This document shows, piece after piece, positions 27,001 through 37,100 of a stretch of DNA of 64,000 nucleotides. Origin of the DNA: Verrucomicrobiota bacterium (GTDB lineage: Bacteria > Verrucomicrobiota > Verrucomicrobiia > Limisphaerales > AAA164-E04); NCBI GenBank assembly GCA_047947115.1, contig CP170459.1, positions 2,720,001 through 2,784,000 on the forward strand. Reading direction: 5' to 3'. The notes under the pieces are model-generated. The model saw only the letters and a program-made list of their open reading frames with translations. It did not search any database and was not told the origin of the DNA. The stretch's first letter is position 1, and every line of letters starts with the position of its first letter. Made by a program: the position numbers and the translations under genes.

Positions 27001-29553
27001 ATGGAATGTCACTCCACCGTTTTTGGAGATCACCACCGCCATGGGTTTGAATTCACCTGCCGGCAGTTCCCAGAGTCGCAGTTTTCCTTCGAACTCATCA
27101 TCCTCGTTGATATCTCCTTTGAGGGCAATTTTATGAACCACATAATAAGGTTCACCATCTTTCTGTGCGCTGGATATTTCCGCCAGCCATTCCCGTGTCG
27201 TGACATAATTCACCGTTGATGGAATGCTTAAATCCCAAACTTGTTCATCGTTCACGCTTGGATTTTTGAAGAAGCGCTTGTCCACCAGCCAAACCTCTTC
27301 GATTTCGTCTCTGACTCTGCTTGTTTGATCAGGTGTGGCTTGTTCGTTTTCGCCCACAAAACCTGGTAATGTCAGCGAATAGCTTTGTGGGTCGGCTGCA
27401 ACTTTCCAGGTGGCAGTCAGTTTCCCGCGGCTTGCTTCCGGATTCAGACCTACTGAACTCAGGTTGCTGTCGGTAGCTTTGGTAACTCCGGGGATGAACA
27501 TGCCAAATCGGTTCAATGTAAACTTGGTGACCTCCGGTCCCGGGACTTTGCTCATGGTCAGGTTTTGATCAAGAAAATCCGGTTCGTCGAGATTGGTGGG
27601 CGCATATTTGATTCGGAGTGGTTTGTATCCTCTTCGGTTGATGTCCAGAAAAGTGGTCTGAGGAACAAGTCGCGCCACGGAAAATCGACCGTTGGCATCG
27701 GTAATGGCATTGCTGATGGGATTGCCATAACGGTTGCGTGCCACTATGGCGGCGCCGGGAATGTTTTCTCCGTCCTCGCCTTTCAGCGTTCCCGTGATCA
27801 ACATGGCTCGTTGCATGTTTACGGTAAGCCTGAGCAATCTTGCTTCGGGATCGATCACTTCAACTTTGCTGGGAGGCCAGAAAGCATACGTCCATTGCCC
27901 CGGTTTCTGTTCGGCTCCAGAAGGGTAGGGATTTCCCGTGAATGTGGATGTTTCCCCTGCTGGAAGGGTTTGAGGTGGATTCCCGTTGAAGCTTACTGTC
28001 ACGTTTGGAATCTGGCGATTGGGATCACCTGTGCTGACGGCTCGAATATCCAATTGATAATTCTTCAGATTTCCAACCTGAGTGCTCCCTGCCGAATTTC
28101 CCAAATAGATGGGGGAATTTGCCAGGGAGAAATTGTCAAGCGGCCCACCTATGATCGCACGTTCCAGATTTGCCGGGCCCGCCCCACCAACTTTAAACCA
28201 ACTGGCATTTTGTAGCCAGACAATGTAGTTGCCCTTTGGAATACCTTCCCCAAAAGCATAGACGAACACTTTGTTTCCGGTTGCCGAACTCATGAAGAAT
28301 TCCGGTCGTTGAAGGCCATGGTATACATATCCGTCGTCTGGCCCATCGTAGCGTGAGCTTTCTATGAACACTTCCCCTTTGTATTTCCAATCTGCTTCGA
28401 TGTTGAATTGTTCCGTGCAATGGGAAATACCTGGAAAAAAGTAAGTAGGGGTGAACGGTTCGACTCGGGGCAACACTCCCGGAGCATCCCAGCCCTCGAT
28501 TGAAAACTGCACGGGGGGAGCGTCGTAATCTTCATGGATGAGTTCCAAGGTGTAGTCGCCGGGCAGCAGATATTTCATCAGGAAAAAATTGTCACTTCGC
28601 ATGGTTGTTTCCAGAGTGACTGGTCCTGTGACCCGGATGCGGGCATCGGTGGCCAGGAGGTGCTTGTAAGGAAATGTTTGGAGTCCGGTGCCGTCTTCGT
28701 TCATTCTGAGAACCTGGTTTCCGAAAGGTTCATTGGTTGTGTTGATTCGTCCGCCTGTATGGATGTAGTGCCGATGCACAAACAGATCCAATTGATAATG
28801 GTGGGATGAATCAAACCGCAATCCCGCCTTGTGGTGGCCGAATTCAAAATTGCCGTAAGGCCAGGTGTCGGGATAAGGCCACCCGGATTCCACGGGAGGG
28901 ATGCCGCCGGTCAAATCTCCGAATTCGACGTTGTGTCCTGCGTAGCCATTCATGGTCGGGATCTTTACCCCATAGATGCCGGGGAGAATGGTGGCGGTGT
29001 AATTGCCTGCTTCATCGGTGTCGACGCTCAATACTTTGTGCGTATCGTCCAACTGTTGAATGATTTGGTGTTCGATGAACTCGATGCCATCGTGAGCGAT
29101 TTGATAAAAGACACGGTTGGGTTCGGAATAACAAGGTTCGAAATCCAGATTGCCATTTGTGTCGGTGGCCCACAGGCGCCCTTGGATGGTGGCCGGAATG
29201 GGGTTCAGATCGATGAACGCGGTCTCTGTTTTCCCTGGATCCACTTCAGCATAGGTTTCTTGGGGGAAGAATTTGATGTGAAACGCCTCAGGACCTTGTA
29301 ATGGTCCTGACTGACTTGGAAGGTTTTGGAGTGTTGCTTCGTGCACGACCTGCAGCCAATACCTTCCAGGCATTAAATTTTCGAACAATACTTTGACGAA
29401 CAATCCATCCTCGTCCAGAGCGGTCATGGCCTCTCGCGTGATGCCTTCAGCACTGGAACCATCCACCCCTCGAAGTACAACGCGGGCGCCTTCCAGAATG
29501 TCCGTGTTCTCATAGGGTGAATCAAGGATCACCTCCACTTTGGTGGGCAACAA
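24076..29553 (-). CDS. Very large extracellular protein, main part (carboxypeptidase-regulatory-like domains, propeller-like region, DCxxNG calcium-binding repeats)
   Basis: TDEAGNY and TDANGRFS beta-sandwich motifs; C-terminal repeats DCDGDGVND, DCNGNGIPDRCD, DLNDDMKPDECD, DCNMNGILD, DLDGNGIPDECD. Confidence 0.85.
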   Translation of the reverse strand: MLPTKVEVILDSPYENTDILEGARVVLRGVDGSSAEGITREAMTALDEDGLFVKVLFENLMPGRYWLQVVHEATLQNLPSQSGPLQGPEAFHIKFFPQETYAEVDPGKTETAFIDLNPIPATIQGRLWATDTNGNLDFEPCYSEPNRVFYQIAHDGIEFIEHQIIQQLDDTHKVLSVDTDEAGNYTATILPGIYGVKIPTMNGYAGHNVEFGDLTGGIPPVESGWPYPDTWPYGNFEFGHHKAGLRFDSSHHYQLDLFVHRHYIHTGGRINTTNEPFGNQVLRMNEDGTGLQTFPYKHLLATDARIRVTGPVTLETTMRSDNFFLMKYLLPGDYTLELIHEDYDAPPVQFSIEGWDAPGVLPRVEPFTPTYFFPGISHCTEQFNIEADWKYKGEVFIESSRYDGPDDGYVYHGLQRPEFFMSSATGNKVFVYAFGEGIPKGNYIVWLQNASWFKVGGAGPANLERAIIGGPLDNFSLANSPIYLGNSAGSTQVGNLKNYQLDIRAVSTGDPNRQIPNVTVSFNGNPPQTLPAGETSTFTGNPYPSGAEQKPGQWTYAFWPPSKVEVIDPEARLLRLTVNMQRAMLITGTLKGEDGENIPGAAIVARNRYGNPISNAITDANGRFSVARLVPQTTFLDINRRGYKPLRIKYAPTNLDEPDFLDQNLTMSKVPGPEVTKFTLNRFGMFIPGVTKATDSNLSSVGLNPEASRGKLTATWKVAADPQSYSLTLPGFVGENEQATPDQTSRVRDEIEEVWLVDKRFFKNPSVNDEQVWDLSIPSTVNYVTTREWLAEISSAQKDGEPYYVVHKIALKGDINEDDEFEGKLRLWELPAGEFKPMAVVISKNGGVTFHDYELPDVPGDDGPKKAAPLRGMTMPRWAANILEVVGAASTLPSVGAPEEDEDEEAQATTQRQGTGELNKNFGDRFLKLAQSGKIEARIGVVPINTAPDSESRYVFNPTEDLLADNLYITYKYVLGIELPIGEDSPQRGPMSLAAKYMGLKISGAGVDAEFEVSGGDNQACIAVVLANEAEIDKERSKDKYIPKLAARAKELVGDRVNFSGPKVSISAKFANCQTFDSGSAGVNRLSMSTGILEAQGTVDLGVGVDITPVIELLPYGKPIQELNEAIEDIFGYTALSLEAFFEVTTGAKVTVKFEHSIPKGRDLGATTGRNDPPPTTPGYNMIGTVNDVATDIKDNTKISNEKKLIVRVALGLKGSIANNSLTASGKVQLGAPKGQSDVDGVFIDINDLGRQPLVKKITGAISFVFSAKLNLYVTSISKSWQYDLLTFNIERASVPTFDLTPLNTSSIIITPMTALPSQFVGTGGTLVKDFYDAGHMDFSSGNGTSLVYTGTDPETGEMTLLMSQMTDNGWQAPQELARSHGMVSVASEQLADGSWLVVWSELEDTDILTPYPSTVLKSLQSDPSGRQWSTPVELMSSEDAIYQLDLTSIGTGAMAAFFITDEGPLGRNRSLHTMSFINGVWVGPDLALANGEWVHYELNAVDEIAAKLSVSNPANELYTLDWNGATWPSPSLALSNIRSPFDVHQGHQGNLITAGIMEDQSITLHQWDADSGQFTPMPSTTLFTPGNDINVLPLQIDGINTYLLAWIEGADEAAVLTAWVNENGELISGPTPITHEASGEFRSIQLQPHASGIGHLVATFANGETQSIREYMVSIPSGEDCDGDGVNDILAITEGLVADCNGNGIPDRCDIQSGFSNDLNDDMKPDECDPFGSGDCNMNGILDADEIALGFVDDLDGNGIPDECDGPVVGPSIRTLSIEATEAARFYRGRNLIILGEDPTTILIQVEGPLETAPTVNGPWTIAP

Positions 29554-30248
29554 GTCGAGTTGGTGCTGATTTTTGCAAAACCACCCGCGGGTTGTTGCCG
29601 GATTTCGAATTCCTTGGGTTCATATCCCAGCTTGGCGACGGACAGTTTGTAAGGAATTCCCACCAAATTCGTATAGGCGTGTTTTCCGGCAGTGTCCGTT
29701 AACATGGTGGTTTGAGGTAGCACAACACTGTCGAATTGAAAATCGTAACCGGTCATCTGCAGCACCACATCACGCATCGGCGCGTTTTCCTCCTCATTGA
29801 CAGGGTTATATCCTTTGACCTCCACTTCCATGCCTGTGCGAATGGGTTTCATGTAAACGCCGGCCATGTGATCCCGAATCAGCCTGAGCTTGTCGCCTGC
29901 TATGGGGCCCAGGGACGGATCGGGTGTGTAGACGATATCTTCCCAACCGGTACGTCTCATGGTGAACCGATAGAATCCGTTCTCCAAAAACTGGATGGAT
30001 CCTTTGCACAGTTCATTTGCATTCGCCCGGAAAACGCTGTCCGCATTGCCTGAAATGGTTCCGTCCGGCAACCAATATTCGGCTTCGATTTGAGCACCTT
30101 CCAACGGTACCATGGTGGCGAGATCATAAACCTCAAAATCCACATCAAAGACGGGCGTGACATTGGCCTGGGTAAGGCGGATGAGTTTGTGGGGTTTGTC
30201 AGCTTGATCCTCAACAACGTGCCTCCTCTTAACACGATACGACATCAT
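29529..30248 (-). CDS. N-terminal part of the same extracellular protein (frameshifted)
   Basis: PLEGAQI and TDTAGKH...KLGYEP carboxypeptidase-regulatory-like repeats. Joins the downstream ORF if the T5 at 29570-29574 is T6. Confidence 0.7.
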   Translation of the reverse strand: MMSYRVKRRHVVEDQADKPHKLIRLTQANVTPVFDVDFEVYDLATMVPLEGAQIEAEYWLPDGTISGNADSVFRANANELCKGSIQFLENGFYRFTMRRTGWEDIVYTPDPSLGPIAGDKLRLIRDHMAGVYMKPIRTGMEVEVKGYNPVNEEENAPMRDVVLQMTGYDFQFDSVVLPQTTMLTDTAGKHAYTNLVGIPYKLSVAKLGYEPKEFEIRQQPAGGFAKISTNSTCCPPKWR

Positions 30249-30414
30249 CTTGGCGCATTCACATAGAGATTGACAAGTTTAATACACGAAAAGAAATCCC
30301 GCGACCCTATGATCCAACATGAGGTATTCGGGTGCTTCGGAATGTTTCACACTGATCCGGCCCTGACACGAAAATGAGCTTAACAGCTGAGTATTTGTTG
30401 ATTATCCTCGAGGC

Positions 30415-32637
30415 ATGATGCATTCCGATCGATTTCATTTACGCATATTCCAATTGGTATTGGTTCTACTGTTACCGGTTCAAATCACCCAAGGCGCGGA
30501 TTTGGGGGATTTGAAACCCGTTGAACAATGGGAACCGGTTGCCTCAGGTGTCTGGAGGGCTGAGTTGGGGGAAATGCAGGGAGAAATTCGTTACTCGGAC
30601 CTTGCGGCCGCTCCTCCACGGTTGGATGCTTTGAATGAATTGTCGGAAGCGACTTTTCCATTTGCCGGCGGCTCCGTTGGATATCTGGCTGAGAACGGCC
30701 ATCAGGTTATGGTGCGTATTCCAACTAGTCCCGATGAAACCTTGTACGGATTTGGATTGCAGTTGGACGGGATCAAACATTCACGAAAGGTCATGACCTT
30801 GAACGTTGATCATTGGAGTAAGGGAGGGGGGAGAACGCATGCTCCTGTGCCCTTTTATATCTCAAGTAAAGGGTATGGTGTGTTTTTCAATACGGCCCGG
30901 TTTTTAAAGATCTACAATCAGGTTGGTAATCGCAAGGATTCCCTCAACAACCCTTCCGAAGTCGATCGTAATCCTCCCGAGGACGAACCCCAACCCGGTC
31001 CATGGCTGGCCCAACCACCCGGAGACTCGGTGGAGGCACAGGTCAACGGTCCGGGACTGGAATTGTTGGTGTTTTCCGGAAGCACCATCCTCGAAGTGGT
31101 GCAACGCTATAACCTCTATCATGGCGGGGGAACATTGCCCCCACTTTGGGGATTGGGATTCTGGCATCGTGTACATGCCGAGTTCAACGCAGATCAGGTG
31201 CGTCAGGAGCTTGCTGATTTTGAAGAAAAGAATTTTCCTGTGGATGTGATCGGGTTGGAACCGGGGTGGATGACCAAGTCCTATCCTTGCACCTTCGAGT
31301 GGCAGACCAAGCGTTTTCCGGACCCCGAAGGGTTCACCCGTGAGTTGCTGAACAAGGGCATCCGATTAAACCTATGGGAAAACCCCTACATTTCCAAGAA
31401 CAGCCGTTTGTATGAACGTATGTTTCCACTCTCGGGATCGCATCTGGTTTGGCTGGGGATCGTACCTGATTACACCATACCGGAAGCAAGGCGTTTGCTG
31501 GCCGAGCAACATGGCGAAGATCACATCGCCATCGGGATCAGCGGATATAAAATCGACGAAGTGGACGGATACGATTTCTGGTTGTGGCCGGATCATGCAA
31601 CGTTTCCATCAGGCGTATCCGGAGAGGCCATGCGTCAATCGTATGGCCTGCTCATGCAGAACATGCTCTACCAGGATCTGTTCAAGCAACGCAATGTCCG
31701 CACTTATGGGTTGGTGCGTGCGGCGAATGGTGGCGCTTCGGGGTATCCTTTTGTCATTTACAGTGACGCTTATCGGCACAAGGAATATTTGACCGGTATG
31801 GCGACGTCGAGTTTGTGTGGGATTCTTTGGACACCGGAAGCGCGGTCCGCTTCGAATGATCGCGAGTGGTTGAACCGAATGCAGACAACTTGTTTTTCGG
31901 CTCTGGCACAATTGAATGCCTGGTCATCCGGTAAGAAACCTTGGAGTTATGATTCCGTGACCGATGCAGTCCGGGAATCGATTCGACTGCGGATGCAATT
32001 ATTGCCTTACCTTTACACTGCTTTTTCCGATTATTATTTCCAGGGCATTCCGCCCATTCGTGCGATGATCCTCGAACAAGGTTTTGACGGAACGGCGGAC
32101 CGAATCGTGAAAGGCAAACTCGACAGCGAAACCAATCCATACGCGATGGATCAACGCATTGAAAAGACGGATCAATACATGTTTGGTCCATCCATACTCG
32201 TTGCGCCCTTTTACGAAGACCAGGCCACCCAACGAGACGTGCAATTGCCTGCTGGAAACTGGTATGACTTTTATTCGGGCAAACTTGTGGGTAACGGGGA
32301 AACGATTTCCGTGTCGGCATCCGATCTGCGGGACAGGATCCCCTTGTTCGTCAAGGACGGAGCGATCATTCCCATGCTCACCCAGCCTGTTGATCGCGCC
32401 AAAGAGGCCGTGGGCCATCCACTCGAACTCCGTTGGTACGGTGAAGCACTCGGCCAGGGGCACCTTTACGAAGACGATACTGAGACTTTTGACTACGAAA
32501 ACGGCCGGTATCGGCGGCGCATTTTCAAGATGCGCCATGGATCAGACAATGTTCCATCTCTCGAAATCGAAACAATGGGTCAACCTGACCAAAGCTTGTT
32601 CGGAGAGATCAACAGGTTTACTCCCATGAGTCGATGA
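30415..32637 (+). CDS. Glycoside hydrolase family 31 (alpha-glucosidase/xylosidase-like), secreted
   Basis: YGFG, HAPVPFYISSKGYGVFFN, PPLWGLG, RFPDP, GYKIDE, RMQLLPYLYT, DQYMFGPSILVAP and LYEDD motifs. Confidence 0.92.
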   Translation: MMHSDRFHLRIFQLVLVLLLPVQITQGADLGDLKPVEQWEPVASGVWRAELGEMQGEIRYSDLAAAPPRLDALNELSEATFPFAGGSVGYLAENGHQVMVRIPTSPDETLYGFGLQLDGIKHSRKVMTLNVDHWSKGGGRTHAPVPFYISSKGYGVFFNTARFLKIYNQVGNRKDSLNNPSEVDRNPPEDEPQPGPWLAQPPGDSVEAQVNGPGLELLVFSGSTILEVVQRYNLYHGGGTLPPLWGLGFWHRVHAEFNADQVRQELADFEEKNFPVDVIGLEPGWMTKSYPCTFEWQTKRFPDPEGFTRELLNKGIRLNLWENPYISKNSRLYERMFPLSGSHLVWLGIVPDYTIPEARRLLAEQHGEDHIAIGISGYKIDEVDGYDFWLWPDHATFPSGVSGEAMRQSYGLLMQNMLYQDLFKQRNVRTYGLVRAANGGASGYPFVIYSDAYRHKEYLTGMATSSLCGILWTPEARSASNDREWLNRMQTTCFSALAQLNAWSSGKKPWSYDSVTDAVRESIRLRMQLLPYLYTAFSDYYFQGIPPIRAMILEQGFDGTADRIVKGKLDSETNPYAMDQRIEKTDQYMFGPSILVAPFYEDQATQRDVQLPAGNWYDFYSGKLVGNGETISVSASDLRDRIPLFVKDGAIIPMLTQPVDRAKEAVGHPLELRWYGEALGQGHLYEDDTETFDYENGRYRRRIFKMRHGSDNVPSLEIETMGQPDQSLFGEINRFTPMSR

Positions 32638-32707
32638 TGTTTGGTTGGCTGGATTTTGAATTCTTAAGAAGTCATGCTGCCGTACGGGTTTTGAAGAGTT
32701 TTGGACT

Positions 32708-33985
32708 ATGAATATCTGGAAAATGATTTTCGGTGAGTTGATCCACCGAAAAGGGAATTTTGTTTCTGCCGTCCTTTCGGTGGGTGGGGCCGTTGCCTGT
32801 TTGGTTTCGACCCTGACTTTGCTTCGTATTGATCAAGCCCAGACCAACGCATTACTAGCCCAAAAACAGGCCGCCGTTGAAGCGGCTGGATTGCAGTTGG
32901 AAGATGCCATGCGGGTGATCACCAAGGGGCTTGGCTTCAATGTGATCATTCTTCCGGAGGATCAGGACCTCAACGAACTGCACCTGGAAGGCAGTTTGAC
33001 CAGGACCATGCCCGAATCGTTGGTGGAAAAACTGTCCGAATCGGACATTGTCACCGTCAATCACCTGCTGCCCACCATTGTCAAAAAATTGACCTGGCCC
33101 GAGCATGAACTTCCCATCCTGGTTTATGGAACCAGAGGGGAAGTGCCCATCATGCATCGTGATCCCAAGAAACCCTTGTTGGATGCAGTTCCTCGTGATC
33201 AGATGATTGTTGGTTTTGAGATTGCTCAAAAGCTTGGGCTCAAGGAAGGGGAGCAAACGACGTTGATGGGGACGGAATTCACCATCATCAAAACCCACGG
33301 GCAACGCGGCAATCTGGACGACAGCACGGTTTGGCTGAACTTGAAACAGGCGCAGGAAATGTTCGGTTTGCAAAATCTCATCCATGCGATTCAGGCTCTT
33401 GAATGTCATTGCGCCGGTGACCGGATCACGGCCATCCGAAAAGAAATTGCGGGTATCCTTCCCGGTACCCAAGTGATCGAACGAGGCCCTCCCGCACTCG
33501 CCAGAGCCGAGGCTCGCAACACCGCCAAGGAAACCGCCGAAGCCGCATTGGAACGCGAGAAGGCATCGCGAGCCGCCGTCAGGGCTCAACGTGAGCGTAT
33601 GGCATCAATGGTGATTCCAGTAGTGCTCGTTGCCAGTGCCATGTGGATCGCCTTTCTCGCATACGGCAATGTGCGCGAACGACGCGGCGAGGTGGGTGTG
33701 TTGCGTGCGATCGGGTATACATCAGGCAAGATATCCGGATTGTTTTTGGGCAAGTTTTTGATCGTTGCTTTGGTGGGGGCTTTCATCGGTTATGTGGCGG
33801 GTAGTGTTATCGGAGTGGGACTTGGTGAAGGTTACATGAACCTTGGAGCGCTTCAAAACCAGTTCGTCCCAACCGACCTTGCCATTGCTTCCGGCCTCGC
33901 GCTGTTCATATCCACCGTTGGCAGTTGGATCCCTGCCATGATGGCCGTCAAACTGGACCCCGCCGAAATCCTGCAACGGGATTAG
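32708..33985 (+). CDS. ABC transporter permease (MacB/FtsX-like)
   Basis: N-terminal TM, large periplasmic domain, NVRERRGEVGVLRAIG and WIPA...DPAEIL motifs. Confidence 0.9.
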   Translation: MNIWKMIFGELIHRKGNFVSAVLSVGGAVACLVSTLTLLRIDQAQTNALLAQKQAAVEAAGLQLEDAMRVITKGLGFNVIILPEDQDLNELHLEGSLTRTMPESLVEKLSESDIVTVNHLLPTIVKKLTWPEHELPILVYGTRGEVPIMHRDPKKPLLDAVPRDQMIVGFEIAQKLGLKEGEQTTLMGTEFTIIKTHGQRGNLDDSTVWLNLKQAQEMFGLQNLIHAIQALECHCAGDRITAIRKEIAGILPGTQVIERGPPALARAEARNTAKETAEAALEREKASRAAVRAQRERMASMVIPVVLVASAMWIAFLAYGNVRERRGEVGVLRAIGYTSGKISGLFLGKFLIVALVGAFIGYVAGSVIGVGLGEGYMNLGALQNQFVPTDLAIASGLALFISTVGSWIPAMMAVKLDPAEILQRD

Positions 33986-33992
33986 GGGCGGT

Positions 33993-34043
33993 TGAATGGT
34001 GAATAGTGAATTTAGAATGGTGAATTAGTGGTGAGTGGTGAGG
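33993..34043. repeat. Degenerate heptamer tandem repeat (TGAATGG-like)
   Basis: TGAATGG TGAATAG TGAATTT AGAATGG TGAATTA, then GTGGTGA twice. Confidence 0.6.
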
Positions 34044-34110
34044 AAAACACCTGAGCGAATCGATCGCCCAACGGAGTGCGGCGTTGTGATCACCGTATTC
34101 CAGACCGATC

Positions 34111-37100
34111 TTACTCAAACCGAATTCTTACGAATTCTTGCTTTTGCGATTCAACTGGTCGTGTGCTGCGATAGATCAGGGTTTCGCGTTGGATTCCCCG
34201 GAGCGTGCCAGTGTGGACGATGCGTCCGGGATCACTGTTCCATGTGATGAGGTCCGGGGAGACTTCAACGACGGCTCGAATATCCGTCACCAAAGGATCA
34301 TGTGTGAATCGAATGGTTAGATAATCACCAGGAGGCTGCATTGTTTCATCAGGTTCGATGCTGAATTGAATGGCTTCTCTCGCATCATTCGGATTCTGGT
34401 CGCTGGTTCCCAGATAGCGCTCTACCATGGCAGCCAATCCATCCTGATCAGCATCTATCGAAGTGTTTGTTGCGCCTGGAGTGCCGCCCTTTGTCGAACT
34501 GGCTTGCCACGAAGCCGGATCTTGAGGATCCATGTCTCCATGAGTGTTCTTGAGCACCAAGCTGAACCCATCGCCATCAGCCGATTCGGGCCATGGAGCC
34601 TTGTCATTGTACCGGAAGGACTGGATCACGATCCCGTCGGCATCCTTCAGAGTGATGGTTTCTCCGTTGTTGGCCAGTGCGGAATCATTTTGAAAAACGC
34701 CTGCGAAGGGAATATCGGGATAAGCGAGCGCAAACTGTTCGGCGTTGCGGACCAGGACCAGGCTGCTGTAGGACTCCATGATAGCGTCATCTGCGAAGTC
34801 GAAATCAATGCCAGCCGTGAACCGGACGCCTGTGAGGGAAAGTGGTTGGCCAGAAAGATTCAGCAGTTCTATGAATTCCAGCGCTTCCGACAGCGAAGGA
34901 TGATACATGATTTCTGAAATGATCAGATGATCAGACGTTGCTGGCGCTTCCAAACGAAAGGAGGTTTCCACCAACGCCGACCATTCCCCTTGATGAAAGG
35001 CTCGTGTCTTCAGCTGGGCCGATTCGGTCAGGACGAGCGAAGAGTCATAGATCTGAGCGGACGTGTTCATGCTGGAGGCGTCCAGGCGAGAAGCCACGAT
35101 TCTGGGGGTAATGAGCAGATCACTACTGGTCAGGCTGGTATTGAGTCCGTGGATGGCCAGGATGTTGGTGCCCGCCACCAGCAGGTCCATGTGGGAGGTG
35201 ATATCAAAAGAGATGAAGGTGGTGGCCTCGTTGTCGGCATGCGAGGTAAGGGCCAGTGAATTCCAGCCGGGGGTTCCGAAAGGCGCGTTCTCCTGTGCGA
35301 CCCGGACGCCGTTCAGATAGGCTATGAAACCGTCATCATACCGCATTTGCAGTTGGAGGGAGGTCATGGATCTCAACGTTGCCGGATCATCCAGTTCGAA
35401 TGGAACCCGGATATAGACGCTGCCATTTTGATTCCGCATTTCCCCGACATCCAATCCGATGAATCCTTTGTAGTCGGATGGAGTCGTTTCATATCCCACA
35501 CCCGTGCGCCCGGTTTTCCAAGCGGCGGTTTCCCGGAAGGAACGTTGGATCCAATCTTCACCCAGGCTGTCATCCAGAGGGATGAGTGCGCTGACCGGCG
35601 CTCCGTCGTTGAGCAGGATGGTCTGGATCAGTTTCGCTTCCTGCCGCGGGTCGGTTCCGTCGATGGTGTAGTAGATGATGCCTTCCGGAGCGTTGATCTG
35701 GATGGGATTGTTGATTGTCAGATGCCCACCCGCAGGTGATATCGTCGGCGCATCGATACCTGGGAAAAGTCCGGCGGATCGCAATTCGTTTACGATGGCG
35801 AACTGGCTGGAGGGATCATGCAGTGTCGGGAGGTAATGGTCGAGGATGTTGTCACGTTCCACCAGCCAGGAATCCTCACGCGTGAAATAAATATCCGGTG
35901 CATGCGGTGCGGGAGGGTAGTGGTCGTGATCAACGTTGGTGCGCGGGCTGGGTTGTTGAACGGAATTACCGTAGGGCGTGCTGGCCTGGGTGTCGCCCCA
36001 GCGGGCCGATTCCGCAACAATTGCCTTGTCGATTTGATTGGCCAGATTGAGGTAACGCTGACGACTTTGGTTCAGACTCAGGGCTCCGTCGTTGAAAAGA
36101 TGTTTTTGAACACGGTCTGCAAACAAGTTTTTGAATGCGGTGCTTTGCTTCAGTTTTTGGAACACACCCCCTGCGCCATCCGCCTTGAAATATGGATTCC
36201 AACTGAACTTGTCCAATGCGATTTCCTGATCCCAGACAAAAAAACGAAAACGCCCGTCACCGGATAAAGGATTTGCCGCTGCGTAACCGTTGTGATGTGG
36301 CCAATCTTCCGCGTCCGCATAAAAGTGCAGCAGGAAATAATCGGAGATGTTTTCCACATCCAGATATTCCTGTATCTCGGCATAACCTTCAGGGGTGGAG
36401 GCGTCGATGCGCGACATTTGATTCCATCTCGTGCCCGGGCTGCCGAAATCTTCGTTGATTTCCCAATCCTCCGGTTCGCCGCCCAGATGAGAGGCATAGA
36501 AATCATCGCCCAATCGTTCGGTCAGGTTATGAAGGCCGAAGTAAAGGCCGTTTACGTAAAGGTGGACAAAGTTACCATAACTCGAAGGTTGACCTAATGC
36601 CCGCATAGATTCCTTCATCCATATATCACGCAAGTATTGCGAATCATTCGGGCGATACCGGGAGCTTCCCCAACTGACCAATCCCCAACTGTCGGTAAAA
36701 CACGCACGCAAGACGAGTTGATTGAAACGTTCGACAGGCGAATCTGGGAACAGAGGGTATTGCAGTTTTGACGCTCCTTGTTCGGATGTGAAAGTGACGC
36801 GCAAGGAATGTTTCTGCATGCGCCAGGGGCGTCGGCTGGAGTTTCCGTGCACTTCGATTTTGCAGTTTTCCTGAAATCCCTTGCTTCCGTCCGGCAGGAT
36901 GTATTCCATCGAGCAGGCCCGTTCAATTCGGCTTTGGGGGATGGCGTAAATACCTCGTCCCGGTTCGATGAATTCGTCCTGATCCATCACGATGGAGACG
37001 CTGGGGATATCCAGCAGGGCATCACGTATCCCGTATCCTGGAAGCGTGTTTTCGACGACACGGGGATCCATTTCATAGTCGGCGGGCACGATGCCACTGC

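Noticed and set aside
33993..34043. CRISPR array
   Set aside because: The units are 7 nt with no spacers, and no cas genes or repeat-spacer arrays were seen anywhere in the window.
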